From Utricularia gibba (Eukaryota > Plantae > Magnoliophyta): a DNA stretch of 64,000 nt. The DNA is taken from NCBI GenBank assembly GCA_002189035.1, contig CM007989.1, positions 3,348,001 through 3,412,000 of the forward strand. Reading direction: 5' to 3'. The notes beneath the pieces are model-generated. The model made no database searches, was not told the DNA's origin, and worked only from the letters and a program-made list of their open reading frames with translations. This document shows positions 16,759-28,137 of this stretch, one piece after another. The translations under genes and the position numbers were made by a program. The stretch's first letter is position 1; every line of letters begins with the position of its first letter.

Positions 16759-19700
16759 ATGGCGATTTTCAGCAGGCCGGGGCCCAAGCTAAAGAGAACC
16801 AATCTCAACTACATGGTGGCGGCCGTCGTCCTCTGCACTGTATGTTACTTGATCGGGGCTTCACGTAGGGGAGGCGCCGGGGTCACCTCCGTCGCTATCT
16901 CCTGCGACGTCGCCGGTCCATCGGTCAAACCCAAAAACGAGGGTGAATCCGCCGCCGCGATCCATCTCGACTTCACCTCGCACCACTCCGCCGAGGCCAA
17001 GGTGCCCGTCGCTGACGAAGCGGAGGCGCGTGGAACCCACTTCCCGCCCTGCGATCCCAAATTCTCCGAGTACACCCCTTGCCAGGACACGGAGAGATCG
17101 CTGAAATTCGACAGGGAGATGCTCGTCTACCGGGAGCGCCACTGCCCCGACAACAACGAGCTTCTCAAGTGCCGAATCCCCGCGCCGCATGGCTATACGA
17201 CGCCGTTCCGGTGGCCAGACAGCCGTGACGTCGTCTGGTACGCAAACGTGCCACATAAGCATCTGACCGTAGAAAAAGCCGGTCAGAATTGGGTCCGGTT
17301 CGAGGGAGACCGGTTCAGTTTCCCCGGCGGCGGAACCATGTTCCCCCGCGGCGCCGACGCCTACATCGACGATATCGCAAAACTGATCAATCTCCGCGAC
17401 GGCTCCGTCAGAACCGCCATCGACACGGGATGCGGCGTAAGTAACGTGTCAGACACTTCGAAATTCACCCACCACCACCACCACCACCCAGTTAGCCTAA
17501 AACTACTATTATTACCATTTCCCCCATTTTTCAACTTGGGTCATTCCCTTTTCCGAAAAAAAATTGCTTTTTTGGAGCATACTTTCTTGAAAATAGCACA
17601 AAAATATTTCCAAGGATTATTGCACTAATTACCTTCCATGATGATTAATTAAGCATTGAATTTTTCAAAATTATTCCTAATCTCTCAACTGTGTCTTCTA
17701 CGTGCTTTTTAAAAGTGGTCAATTTTTTCAAATAAAGCAAGCCACGTTGCGTGACAATGAAAACTTAATTAGACGTGTATTGAATGAGCTATACCGATAG
17801 CGCCATTTTATGATTATGTTTATTACCCACAACATGCCTAAAAATTTCATAATATATGTTCATGACATCATCGCACCATGTCACATACCACGTAACACAT
17901 CTTGTTAGATATGTGATCATGTTATAGATAGCGGTTTTTTTCGAGCACTTTCGATTTTCTTGTTTTTTTCAAAATATCGGAAAAGGGAAGGCAAAAAGTT
18001 GTGTTTTTTTCTTGAATTATACTTCAAGAATGATTTTTTTAGTGAAATGGAATGAGAAGTTTGGTATAATTCCATGTGTGTACTGTTCTTTTTTTATTAT
18101 TATTTTGATTGTGTGACATGGGGGTGGGCAGGTTGCTAGCTTTGGAGCGTACTTGCTCTCTAGAGACATCTTACCGATGTCATTTGCCCCGAAGGACACG
18201 CATGAAGCACAGGTGCAATTTGCTCTGGAGCGAGGGGTTCCGGCGATGATCGGAATAATGGCGTCCGACCGGCTTCCGTACCCGGCCAGAGCCTTCGATA
18301 TTGCGCACTGCTCGCGGTGCTTGATCCCTTGGGGGCAATACGGTAATGAAGAGGAGTAGTTGATATTAGCTTCTTTCGAACATGGCTATGCTCACACTCT
18401 GGTTTCCTTTCAATAGATGGACTTTACTTGATCGAAGTTGATCGGGTTCTACGGCCGGGGGGTTACTGGATCCTCTCCGGGCCACCGGTGAATTGGCCGG
18501 TCCATTGGCAAGGGTGGAATCGAACACAAGAGGATCTCGACGAGGAGCAGAAGGGAATAGAGAGTGTAGCGAGGAGCCTTTGTTGGAAGAAATTAGTACA
18601 GAAAAATGACCTTGCTGTGTGGCAGAAGGCCACAAACCATCTCCATTGCAAGAAAAACAGAAGGGTCTTTAGAAAGCCTCCTTTCTGCCGGGGCACTGAC
18701 CCTGATAAAGCATGGTAACTCATAGAGATCAACATTTTTTCTTCATTATTTCAACCTGTTGAACTATGGTTTGTTTGTCTAACAGGTACACGAAGATGGA
18801 AGCCTGCTTGACACCCCTCCCCGAAGTTTCCGGTGTAAAGGAAGTGGCCGGTGGGCAGCTTGCGAAGTGGCCGGAGAGACTGACCGCCGCTCCTCCGAGG
18901 ATACAGTCCCAAAGCATAAATGGGGTAACCGTGGAATCCTTTGACGCAGACACAAAGCTTTGGAAGAAGCGAGTGGAGTACTACATGTCGATCGATTCCC
19001 AACTCGCTGAACCCGGCCGGTAACTTTCCCTCCCACATGCATATGTAACCATCCAAATGATGGCATATTTCTATGAGATTTCACTTAACCCTCTAGCTTC
19101 TTTTTGGTCTGATAGATACAGAAACCTGCTGGACATGAATGCTCAACTAGGCGGCTTTGCAGCAGCGCTTGTCGAATATCCTGTCTGGGTTATGAACGTC
19201 GTCCCTGTCGAGGCCGAAACCGATACCCTCGGAGTTGTATATGAACGTGGACTCATCGGCACTTACCAGAGCTGGTACGCCCTCATCATCTTGCATCTAA
19301 TTTTCAATACCTTCACTGGTTATTCAATGGCGTTCACACCTGCTGTAAAAAAAAAGAAAGTACCTGTGGGGTTCTCAGTGGTGACCTTTAGTACAAAGGG
19401 TGTATTTTTAATTCACAAATTGACTGTACTGAAAACGATGCCTTCATTGCACGCAGGTGCGAAGCCATGTCGACGTATCCAAGAACCTACGACTTCATCC
19501 ACGCCGACTCAGTATTCACCCTTTACCGGGACAGGTGGATCTTTTTACGTACAAAACATCACATCATATTACACTGATCCGCTATCAAGATAGCTGCAAT
19601 CTTGATGATGGGTCTTCATTCTCATCCGGGTACTGAAAATGACCTCGCCCTCAGGTGCAAACTGGAGGACATCGTGCTGGAAATGGATCGGATCCTCCGC

Positions 19701-19898
19701 CCACAAGGGACGGTCGTCATTCGCGACGACGTCGATGTGATCGCCGATGTGAAGCAGCTGCTAGCGCGAGTCGAGTGGGACAGCGTGATGGCGGATCACG
19801 AAGACGGTCCCCTTGTACGCCAGAAGGTTATCGTCGCCACGAAGAAGTACTGGACGGCACCGGCGGAGGACGCTGGCGGAGCAAATACATCGGAATAG
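16759..19898 (+). CDS. SAM-dependent methyltransferase, DUF248/PMT15-like (type II membrane, putative pectin methyltransferase family)
   Basis: N-terminal TM segment, then [111 protein letters not shown]. All exon phases are compatible. Confidence 0.95.
17544..17989. mobile_element. Possible foldback/MITE remnant in methyltransferase intron 1
   Basis: Perfect 13-bp inverted repeat ttcccttttccga (17544-17556) / tcggaaaagggaa (17977-17989), internal ccacgt/tgtcac motifs, inside the gene's unusually long (695 nt) intron. No TSD. Confidence 0.3.
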
Positions 19899-20267
19899 CA
19901 GCATATGGTCCCCCGGAATGCTTTCATTTTTCTATATATAATTTTTGCTTTTTTTTTCTATTTTTTTTTTTTCTGGTATGGGTATTCATTTGATGTATTT
20001 GTTTATATGTACTAAAATTGTGTCTGAAAATGAAACAATTCATGATTCATTTGAATCACTACACTGCATTCGGACAGGTTTGTATGTATTTTAACAACCA
20101 TCATGAAGTGGAGAAAAGATGTTTCTGGAGTTTTCCTAGTTTAAAGGTGCCCAAGAAGACAACTGCTGCTGATATTTATACAGGAAGATGCATTGGATTG
20201 GCATCTCACATGGCGAACACAATCTACTTAACAGCACAACAAGAGGAACAAGTTGGTGGGTTGCTTT

Positions 20268-21953
20268 CTACTCCATGACGAAAAAGCTTCTGAGTTTTGC
20301 TCCATCGAGCCGGTCCAGCAGCTTCTTTGCACTGGGAATGCCGGATTCAACGAGTTTCTTGAGATATCCGATCGCCCCGTAGGAGATCATCAGCTTCCTG
20401 CGTTTGCTGCTTGAGGAGAGCGCTACGAGGCAGAGGACAGCGTACTTCTTTGCTGTGTTTTGCGGGCTGGGGTTGAGTAAAGCAACCAGATTTGGTATGC
20501 TTTTGTCATCTTTCTTCACTTCTCTGCAATTGCTGGAAATGGTGATCAAGCTGGCAACAGCTTGCGCAGCAACTTCCCTAGTGGCGTTGGCTTTTGCTTC
20601 AAGCATGGCAACAAGAAAAGGGATGCATCCGGCTTCTCCTACAAGCCGTTTCATCTCATTCGTGGTGCAAATTCGGCAGATTGCTGAGGCTGCAGCTTGC
20701 TGTGCTCCGACGGAACCTTTGTTTAGAATGTGGGATAGCTTCGGCACAAGTCCGGAGGAGATTAGAACCTCTGTTGAGGCAGTGGTGACCAAGTTTCTTA
20801 ATGCAACAGCGGCTGATTCATGAGGGAATGGGCCATCTAGATAAGCTAGCAAACTTCGGATTCCGCCTTCTGCAATAGTGCATCTTCTGAGAGCATCATT
20901 GCTCGCCGTAAGATTCTGCAAACATTCAGCTGCATGTTCCTTTGATCCCAGCAAAGCACCACGAGAAAGAAGCTCGATCATGACCTGTATAATCCCCTCA
21001 TCAGCTAGAGTTTGGTGTGTCTCAGGCACCGCGGATAGGTTCTTCAGTGTACATGCAGCTGCAGCCTGCAAAACTGACTCCCCATTTTGACAAATCTCTA
21101 TCAATGGCCGCACACCACCATGGCCAACAACTGAACGAGATGTTTCAGGCGATCTGGACAGCCATTGGAGTGCAACGATGGCCTTCTCCTTTCCTAGAGA
21201 ACTCCCAGATTCGATAAGTCTTATGAGTGGCGGTAGCACCCCTTCAGAAACGAGCCAATCCTTGCAACTCCCACATTCTGCTAGAGAGCAGATGATGGTG
21301 ACAGTTTTCTCTCTGATTTTGGGAGACGTGGCAGTGAGCAGCTGAACCAGAGCTGTGATATTGCTTCGTCTTATGACGGCCATAACATTCTTTTCATCCT
21401 CCTTCATCACTTCCAGCAGGTTATCCAGTGCTTTGTGCTTCGATTCCAAATTACCAATTTGGAGGCGAGCAAACAATTCATATAAATTCCCACGAAAAAC
21501 TGATGCCTCTGGCACTGCTGATGTACTTGGTGCTGTAGTTGGAATGGACACCTCCCCAAGAACACCAGTTTTGATCAAGAGTCCAAAATCCCGTAGATTC
21601 ATATCTAGCTTTCCAGCAAGTGCATCAAGATTGCTTTGCATGTGAAGCTTTCCTTCATACTTCTGCTTCATGCAACAATCAGCCAACTCAATGACTTCTT
21701 TCAAGGTTACACAAACAGCCTGCAGCTGCTCCTTACAAAGAGCATTCCTGGAAAAGCAAGGATGAGTGGATAAATCTGATAATCTTGAAGGAATCCTCTC
21801 TAACTTTGAGATGATCATCTTCCATTTCACAGGGAACCCGGTCACCTCTCTGGCTGTATGCAGTGCCCTTGGCGCAAGTTCTTGCACACGAGAAAGCCAT
21901 TCTTCAGTTGAAAGGCCACTGGAAGCAGAATTCTCCATCTTACAATCGGTCAT
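20268..21953 (-). CDS. Armadillo-repeat protein without U-box (561 aa from MTDCK), single coding exon, with a 5'UTR intron
   Basis: Long ORF with ARM repeats (LVQLLTATSPKIREKTV, GVLPPLIRLIESGS, GCIPFLVAMLEAK) and N-terminal KWKMIISKLERIP/CFSRNALCKEQLQ block. Acceptor ttttcag lies just upstream of ATG 21953. Confidence 0.9.
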   Translation of the reverse strand: MTDCKMENSASSGLSTEEWLSRVQELAPRALHTAREVTGFPVKWKMIISKLERIPSRLSDLSTHPCFSRNALCKEQLQAVCVTLKEVIELADCCMKQKYEGKLHMQSNLDALAGKLDMNLRDFGLLIKTGVLGEVSIPTTAPSTSAVPEASVFRGNLYELFARLQIGNLESKHKALDNLLEVMKEDEKNVMAVIRRSNITALVQLLTATSPKIREKTVTIICSLAECGSCKDWLVSEGVLPPLIRLIESGSSLGKEKAIVALQWLSRSPETSRSVVGHGGVRPLIEICQNGESVLQAAAACTLKNLSAVPETHQTLADEGIIQVMIELLSRGALLGSKEHAAECLQNLTASNDALRRCTIAEGGIRSLLAYLDGPFPHESAAVALRNLVTTASTEVLISSGLVPKLSHILNKGSVGAQQAAASAICRICTTNEMKRLVGEAGCIPFLVAMLEAKANATREVAAQAVASLITISSNCREVKKDDKSIPNLVALLNPSPQNTAKKYAVLCLVALSSSSKRRKLMISYGAIGYLKKLVESGIPSAKKLLDRLDGAKLRSFFVME

Positions 21954-23358
21954 GATGCGTACACTCAATCTAGCAGAAAACCTGAAAGAATACACATAAA
22001 AGTGGACCATCAAATCTTCATCACAGATGAGGTAACCCGTACGTGCATACGACCCAGAAAATTCCAGTCTCTGAGAAGAATACAGATGACCAGATTCCAC
22101 AAAAACAAGTAGAAAGTGGTCAGGTAACTACACATTTTTCAGACCACTGAAAAGCATATACGCAATGACAAACTCAGACGAAAGCAGAAAATTTCAGATA
22201 ATGAACCTTCTTAGTGGCTGTTCGGATGAACAAAAGGAACCTTTTCAATCAGCAAAAACTCAATCGAAAAATGCAGATTCCTAGATATATTGTTCATCAT
22301 TCTTAAAGAAAAGGGAGAACCTTTTTAAGAAACCGGGGAGCTGGATGAGACCGACAGTAGCCTAACAAATTATAACATTGAAATCTTAGAAATTTCTATG
22401 GTGATGAATAAAGTATGTTAGTGGACCACAGAAAAGGACTTCCCTTGAAAGAGAAGGTAAGAGCTCAATCACAAAAGCAACACAAACTTACAATAAAGTA
22501 GGTTCCAACTGCTAGACTACCCCTTAAGATGATCTCCTCTTAACCTGGAATTCAAGGCACTCTACAGCTTCTCGAAACCCACTACGTCACTTGTTTACTT
22601 TATCTGTAAGCAAAGTCCATCAATTAAAAACAATGTCAAAATTCCGAAAGGATATAAAAGGCGATACATTTTCATTTCAGGATACCTAAACGAAGAAGCC
22701 GAGTAATTGTCTACCCCAGAAGCAGTCAGCAATTACATATGAAACGAAGCAGGAAAAGTGAGAAGCACCAAAGATGACAAAGACCTCATTCCTCTCCGAT
22801 CCTTAGTGCCAAATTGCAGATACCCAGAAACCCACGAAAACGGAGGAAAAACCGAAGAAGGCCAAGTGCTCCGGGCAAAACATTTAAGACTTCAGTAGGC
22901 TCAAGCTCAGAGTTCAAACTCCAAACAACCCCATTTCAATAATCACCCCCATTCACTTCTTCACTCTACAAAATGAGGGCCGTCGGAAATCTTTCTCTTT
23001 CTCTCTCCAGGTCCAGGACCCAACGAACGAATTTCTGGTAACGCCGTTACGGGTAAAGACCAATTAATTAATTGATATACAGCCAAAAGAAATAAGGTAT
23101 GTGGATCCGACGGTCGTAAACGACTCAGCATCCGACCGTTGAGAGTGGTGGACTTCCAAATTTTGAAATAACAACAGGATGGTTTCTGTCAATCAAGGAC
23201 GACGTGATGATGTGGCGGCGCCGGAGCGTCAAGTGGGGACACGGTGTCCGGTCGTTTTTCATGTTGGTTCCCATTCCCATGGCATGCGCTGGATGCACGT
23301 TTCCAGTACATCCCTCTCCCGCGTCGCGGTTGTCACACTCACACTTGGTGAGTTAACT

Positions 23359-23447
23359 AATTGTCCAAACTAAGACAGAGTTGCCTTCCCTTATTACATC
23401 CAGATTAATCAAGAGATTTTATTCTAAAATTGTCCAAACTAAGACAG
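23359..23447. repeat. Perfect 20-bp direct repeat downstream of the RS-like gene
   Basis: aattgtccaaactaagacag at 23359-23378 and 23428-23447. Confidence 0.9.
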
Positions 23448-23652
23448 GGCATTCATTTTTTTCTTGATCCCTGAACAAGGTGGCAAGTAATTTTGTAAAG
23501 CTGGGCTGACTAGTGATTGCCTGATCAGTAGTTAACAAAATATGTACATGACTCCATGTTTTAGAACTCTATGACTGCATTTTGGTTGGATGGAGTTGAG
23601 GAACAATCAGGCAATGGCAATCCTTCAAAAAGCTCACGCCGCTGGCGTTGTT

Positions 23653-24856
23653 CTAAGTCTCAAGCTGGCCGGAGTTCTCATGGATTGGTGCTGCCGGCAA
23701 TCTGCAGCCTTGGGAGCTTTCGTCTTGGCCGGGATTGGGTACCGGCTGAGGGATGTGATCAGGCCTATCCATCTGCTCAATAGATCTGCCCCTGTGGTAT
23801 GGACTTGGAGAGCTTGGATGGATATAGTCTTCTGCGTCCGCAAATCTCTCGGTCCATCTTTTGTTGGGGCAGTACACACTTCTGATGTCATCATCGTGCC
23901 GCATTGCGAACTCCACATGAATGGTGTGATCCATAAGCTTGCTGCAATGGAGTAATAATGGTGAGGAACATAGTCAAAAAACGCAGTGCATACTGGTGTT
24001 AAGCAACACGAGCCTCATGTGGGTGGCCTCCAAAGCGCGGGCTGCATCGTCTAGCAACTCGTACTCCACAAATGCAAAATGCCTTCGTCTACGGACGGAG
24101 GCGATTCGTCCATACTGCTCAAAGTGCCTCTCAATGTTTTCGGTCCTGGTGTTAATAGGATCGAAGTTAACAACAAACAAAGTTTTTGAAGGCCTTGTGT
24201 TGGTGGCTGAGTATCTTCTTAAGCAATCTGGCCTCCTGAAAGCATTGTGCTCTGGCTGCAAGTGAAAACCATGATGATGGAAATTAAAATCGAGTTCAGC
24301 GGCTCATGTGTTCTACACCAAATGAAGCAATGATGATAGAGGTCTCAAACCAGGGCGAGAAGGTGAAAGCACCTTAGGCCTTGTCCACTCAACACGGAGT
24401 GGCTGTCCTTTCCTACCAAAGTCCATTCCATCAAGTTTCTTGATTGCATTTTCTGCATCACGCTCATCCAGCATGTGGATGAAGGCATATCCTGCAACGC
24501 CATAATATTGAACCAAATCCAATCAACAAACGCCTTAGTTGAAGGGTTCACTTCCACATACAGTCAAAGTCATGCTATTTGACACAAATCCCTGCAATAC
24601 GGGAGAGAAAGAAAAGGGAAAAAATATGTATGCAGGAAACACAAGACCTACCAACATTTTTAATTCGTGAAACACTGTATACACATCTAAAATCACCATT
24701 CCAGTAATCACTGAAACATCAGTGCAGAAAATAAAAAAAGAAATGATTACCAGCTTTAAGATCTACTCTTTCAAGCTTCCCGAATTTCCTGAAAAGGCGT
24801 TCAACAGTAGACTGCTGAACACCATACTCAAGATTCCCACAAAAAAGCACCCTCAT
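23653..24856 (-). CDS. RS40/RS41-like two-RRM splicing factor, divergent, lacking an RS domain (model 251 aa)
   Basis: Exons 24856-24751, 24491-24373, 24255-24014, 23941-23653 total 756 nt. RRM1 MRVLFCGNLEY...KAGYAFIHMLDERDAENAI...FGRKGQPLRVEWT; RRM2 RPSKTLFVVNFDP...RHFAFVEY...SKLMDHTIHVEFA. The third coding-region intron needs a GC donor. Confidence 0.85.
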
Positions 24857-25274
24857 GATCTTGCAACCTCCTGCAATAATGCAACTTGCATCTACCTGAT
24901 TAGAAAAAAGCCACACAAAGTTTTCCAATCTCCTATGATGCACAATTTAATAAGAAGAAATAACCCTGCTCTGAAAAGGTAAACTGGGTAACAAAAAAAT
25001 GCACCTACTCCACATCCCATGGGCAAAAACTATTGCGCATTTTCGTAAATTAAGCATTTCACAAGTTAACACCTCGCAAAAACGTAAAACTTCAAAAATA
25101 CGCGAGAAGATACCTGAAAAGCTTGTAAACACTAAGCTCAGATCACCATTATCACGAATATAAAGAAGAACTCGTCGAAATCGTAAAAAATTCGAGCTCG
25201 AGTTGACTCCGGGAGTCGCACATTCCGAAGCTCTCAAGTGCTCGGAATTTTAGCCCGCTCACTTGCATTCAGAA

Positions 25275-25434
25275 TGGGCTTCATTTTTTGGACTACCCAG
25301 TAACTCATTAATAGCGGGCTCCAAACGTAATGGGCTCCAGCTCTGGGCCCATATAAGCTAGGGCAGATATGGGAGCACGTGACACAAATCCAAGCCAATC
25401 AATAAATAATTTTAGTTTCGCAGATCATGGGCCC
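25275..25434. promoter_or_regulatory. Site II (TGGGCY) cluster upstream of the RS-like gene
   Basis: TGGGCT at 25275 and 25331, TGGGCC at 25344 and 25428, just upstream of the probable non-coding first exon (~25000-25240). Confidence 0.55.
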
Positions 25435-25706
25435 AGTACTAGTCCGCTTCTTCCATTGTTGGGTCGACCCACGTATTTGATTCGAGTCGTGTCTTCTTGT
25501 TTTTATTTTTCTTTTCATCGAATGAATTAAAAATTTGATAATGTGTTAACTATTATAATGAAAAAAATATTCATATATAATATAAATTTATTTAACTTGG
25601 TATATAAAAGAAAATATACGAATGAACACTTTTATAAATCACCTTTAACATACGAAAAAGCACGTTGGATGAAAATAAAAGGCTATCATCAACATCACAT
25701 TCTTGG

Positions 25707-27850
25707 CTAGTAGAGTAAAAAGCTATCGTCAATGTGGAAATCCCACTTGATCTGGTTAGCAGCGCCTGCGTTGGGCTGTTGACCTAGAAGATGATCTAAA
25801 TACTGGTCTTCCGGCGGTAACAATGCCGGAGAATAAACGTGCTCGGCGATGTGGTCGAAGATCGGAGTGGGGCTGTAATACTGAAGTTCATCATCCCCTG
25901 GCTTTTCCTGCAAACTGTAGTTCTTTGAAGAAGACATGGGGAAAGCCAGGTGTTCTTGAGATGGGCTCCAGTGGGGCACCATGATCTGATTTCCATCACC
26001 ATGACCCCCCACTGCTTCACCTAGAAGGAAAGATCCAAGTGAATGTTCCACTTCTTTGCTGGCGCAGCTACTACTTGAATCTTCGAGTTTCACCCGCTGA
26101 ACAGAGATCTGACTGTTCGTCATTACATAACCAGTGAAATGGCCAATGTGGTGTTTGCAGTCATCACCGGGGAAGACAACTTCGATGGGGAGTGGTAGCA
26201 AGCTTATCATCTGGTCAGTGCAACTGAGGATATCCGGCATTTCTGGTCCACTTTGTCCATGAATTCTTGAAGCGCTGGGACCTCCACAAAACCCCAGCTT
26301 CGACGTGGAGCCTGAAGAGAATGCCTCGTCGGAATACAAACTCTGTAAACTGGATGTAGTGATGAGCATTTCGGGAACAAAACTTGTTCCCAAAGATCTG
26401 TATATTCCCTTTAAAGTGTGAGATGCACATTGCCCTTCCAAGTCCTCTTTCGTGTTGCTACTGGAGACCGAGGGATCATCACTTCCAAAGCTCTTCATAG
26501 AATTTCGATATTTCTGCACATGATAAGGAGAAACATGCAGCAAGAATACAGCAATACAAAAAAGAAAATAATGAAAGCCAGAAAGCATCTAACCAGCCCG
26601 TTATTATTCACCATTAAGCAAAATATCCATCAGGATTCACAATTAAATGCTTTTAATTAATGGATTTCCTGTAAGAAATTTGTATGCTAAACCTCCGGTT
26701 CATGCTTGATTTATCTAAGAGGTTTGAAGAACAAACCTGTAAATGACTGGCTATTTGCTCTCTTGTAAGATCAGGAACTCCCATGACTTCAAGTATTCTC
26801 TTGGGGACTGCATCTGCTCTCCACCAAAGAGAAAAGAAATTAGTAATTTTGATGAAGAGATAAGGAAGTAAAGGATTAACAAGGGCTTACACTCCGGTCC
26901 CAGCTGAATGCAGGCCTTCACAAATCTTGAATGTAAATCTGCAGTCCATTCAACTCGTTTCTTTCGCAAATGACATTTCTTGAGCTTTATTGAATTTCCT
27001 CTGTGAGTTGAAGTCGGTGCAGGCATATAACTTTCATAAGCAACAGAGTCTCTCAGAATGGGTTCCTGCCGTTGAACTCCAAAATCCAGCTCTGAAAAGA
27101 CAGAAACATTACATCAGAAATTATACTGGAGCACTCCATCATGAACTCCAAACTGCAATCTCTACCTTCCTGTACACGGTGATGAAGCATTTCATGAACG
27201 ATCAAATTACAAGAAGGGTTAGTATACTAGCATGTGTATGTACACGACAGAGACAAGGAGAAACAACAGAGAAAAGGATGAGTAACAAAAAAAAAAGGGA
27301 GAAGGTTCAGCTTACTTTTAATGTCAAACAACCTATTATAACAGGAGGATGAATAAATTGAACTACCAACTTAAACAAGGGGAAAAAATGCCATGCAAAA
27401 ATCTAATGGCACACATTGTCTTCTATACTTGCAAGGACTTACACGTTTGTGATCAAATGAATGCTTGATTCATATGGCAATAAATGAATAATACATTAAA
27501 ACAGGTGAAAATTCTCAGTGAGATTTCCATTATGTATAGTTACTACACACCGAGAAATCATATCGCAAAAGCAATCAACATTAAATTCAAAATATTTCCA
27601 CCATCTGAACAAAATGCAATCATTTCTGTATTTAAGATCAAGATATGGGATTGCAGGAAAATACCTTGCTTCATTCGAGCCAGTGGACAGCCCTGGCATT
27701 GGCTGAAGAAACAGTGGATGCACTACAAAATCATATCAGATTTCAATAACAAATCAAAGTTTTAAAAATACCAATAAATCATGTGTAAAATTACTTAAGA
27801 GAGTTGCATGAATATGAAGACAGGGGAAAAATAAAAAGAACCTGATCCAT
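25707..27850 (-). CDS. GARP (SHAQKYF-class Myb) transcription factor of type-B ARR/APRR-like kind without receiver domain (model 383 aa)
   Basis: Exons 27850-27842, 27722-27665, 27091-26891, 26813-26737 and 26513-25707 total 1152 nt in frame. Domain [53 protein letters not shown]. The two 5'-most exons are less certain than the Myb exons. Confidence 0.8.
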
Positions 27851-28137
27851 TGCCGTACTGTTTACTACAAACAGATTTCAATCCGGTCATCTTGATCCTC
27901 AGGATATTCCAAATCATAGCATGTCATCTTCACCAATTCGTCAACATTCACGAGGCCAGTTTTTGTTAACACAAGAAAACAAAGCCCCTTGAACAAATTC
28001 TTCGACAAAATTAGTGAACTGAAATGCCATCACATCAGACAAAATGACATGACCCACTAGCATTAACGCTAATAGAAGAATCAACAAAACGGACAACCCA
28101 AAAGGTGTGGATCATTTGTGAGCTGAGGATGGATTAA

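Noticed and set aside
20268-22100. 610-aa version of the ARM ORF
   Set aside because: The extra N-terminal codons lie in an intron-like stretch ending ttttcag just before ATG 21953, so the shorter start is preferred.
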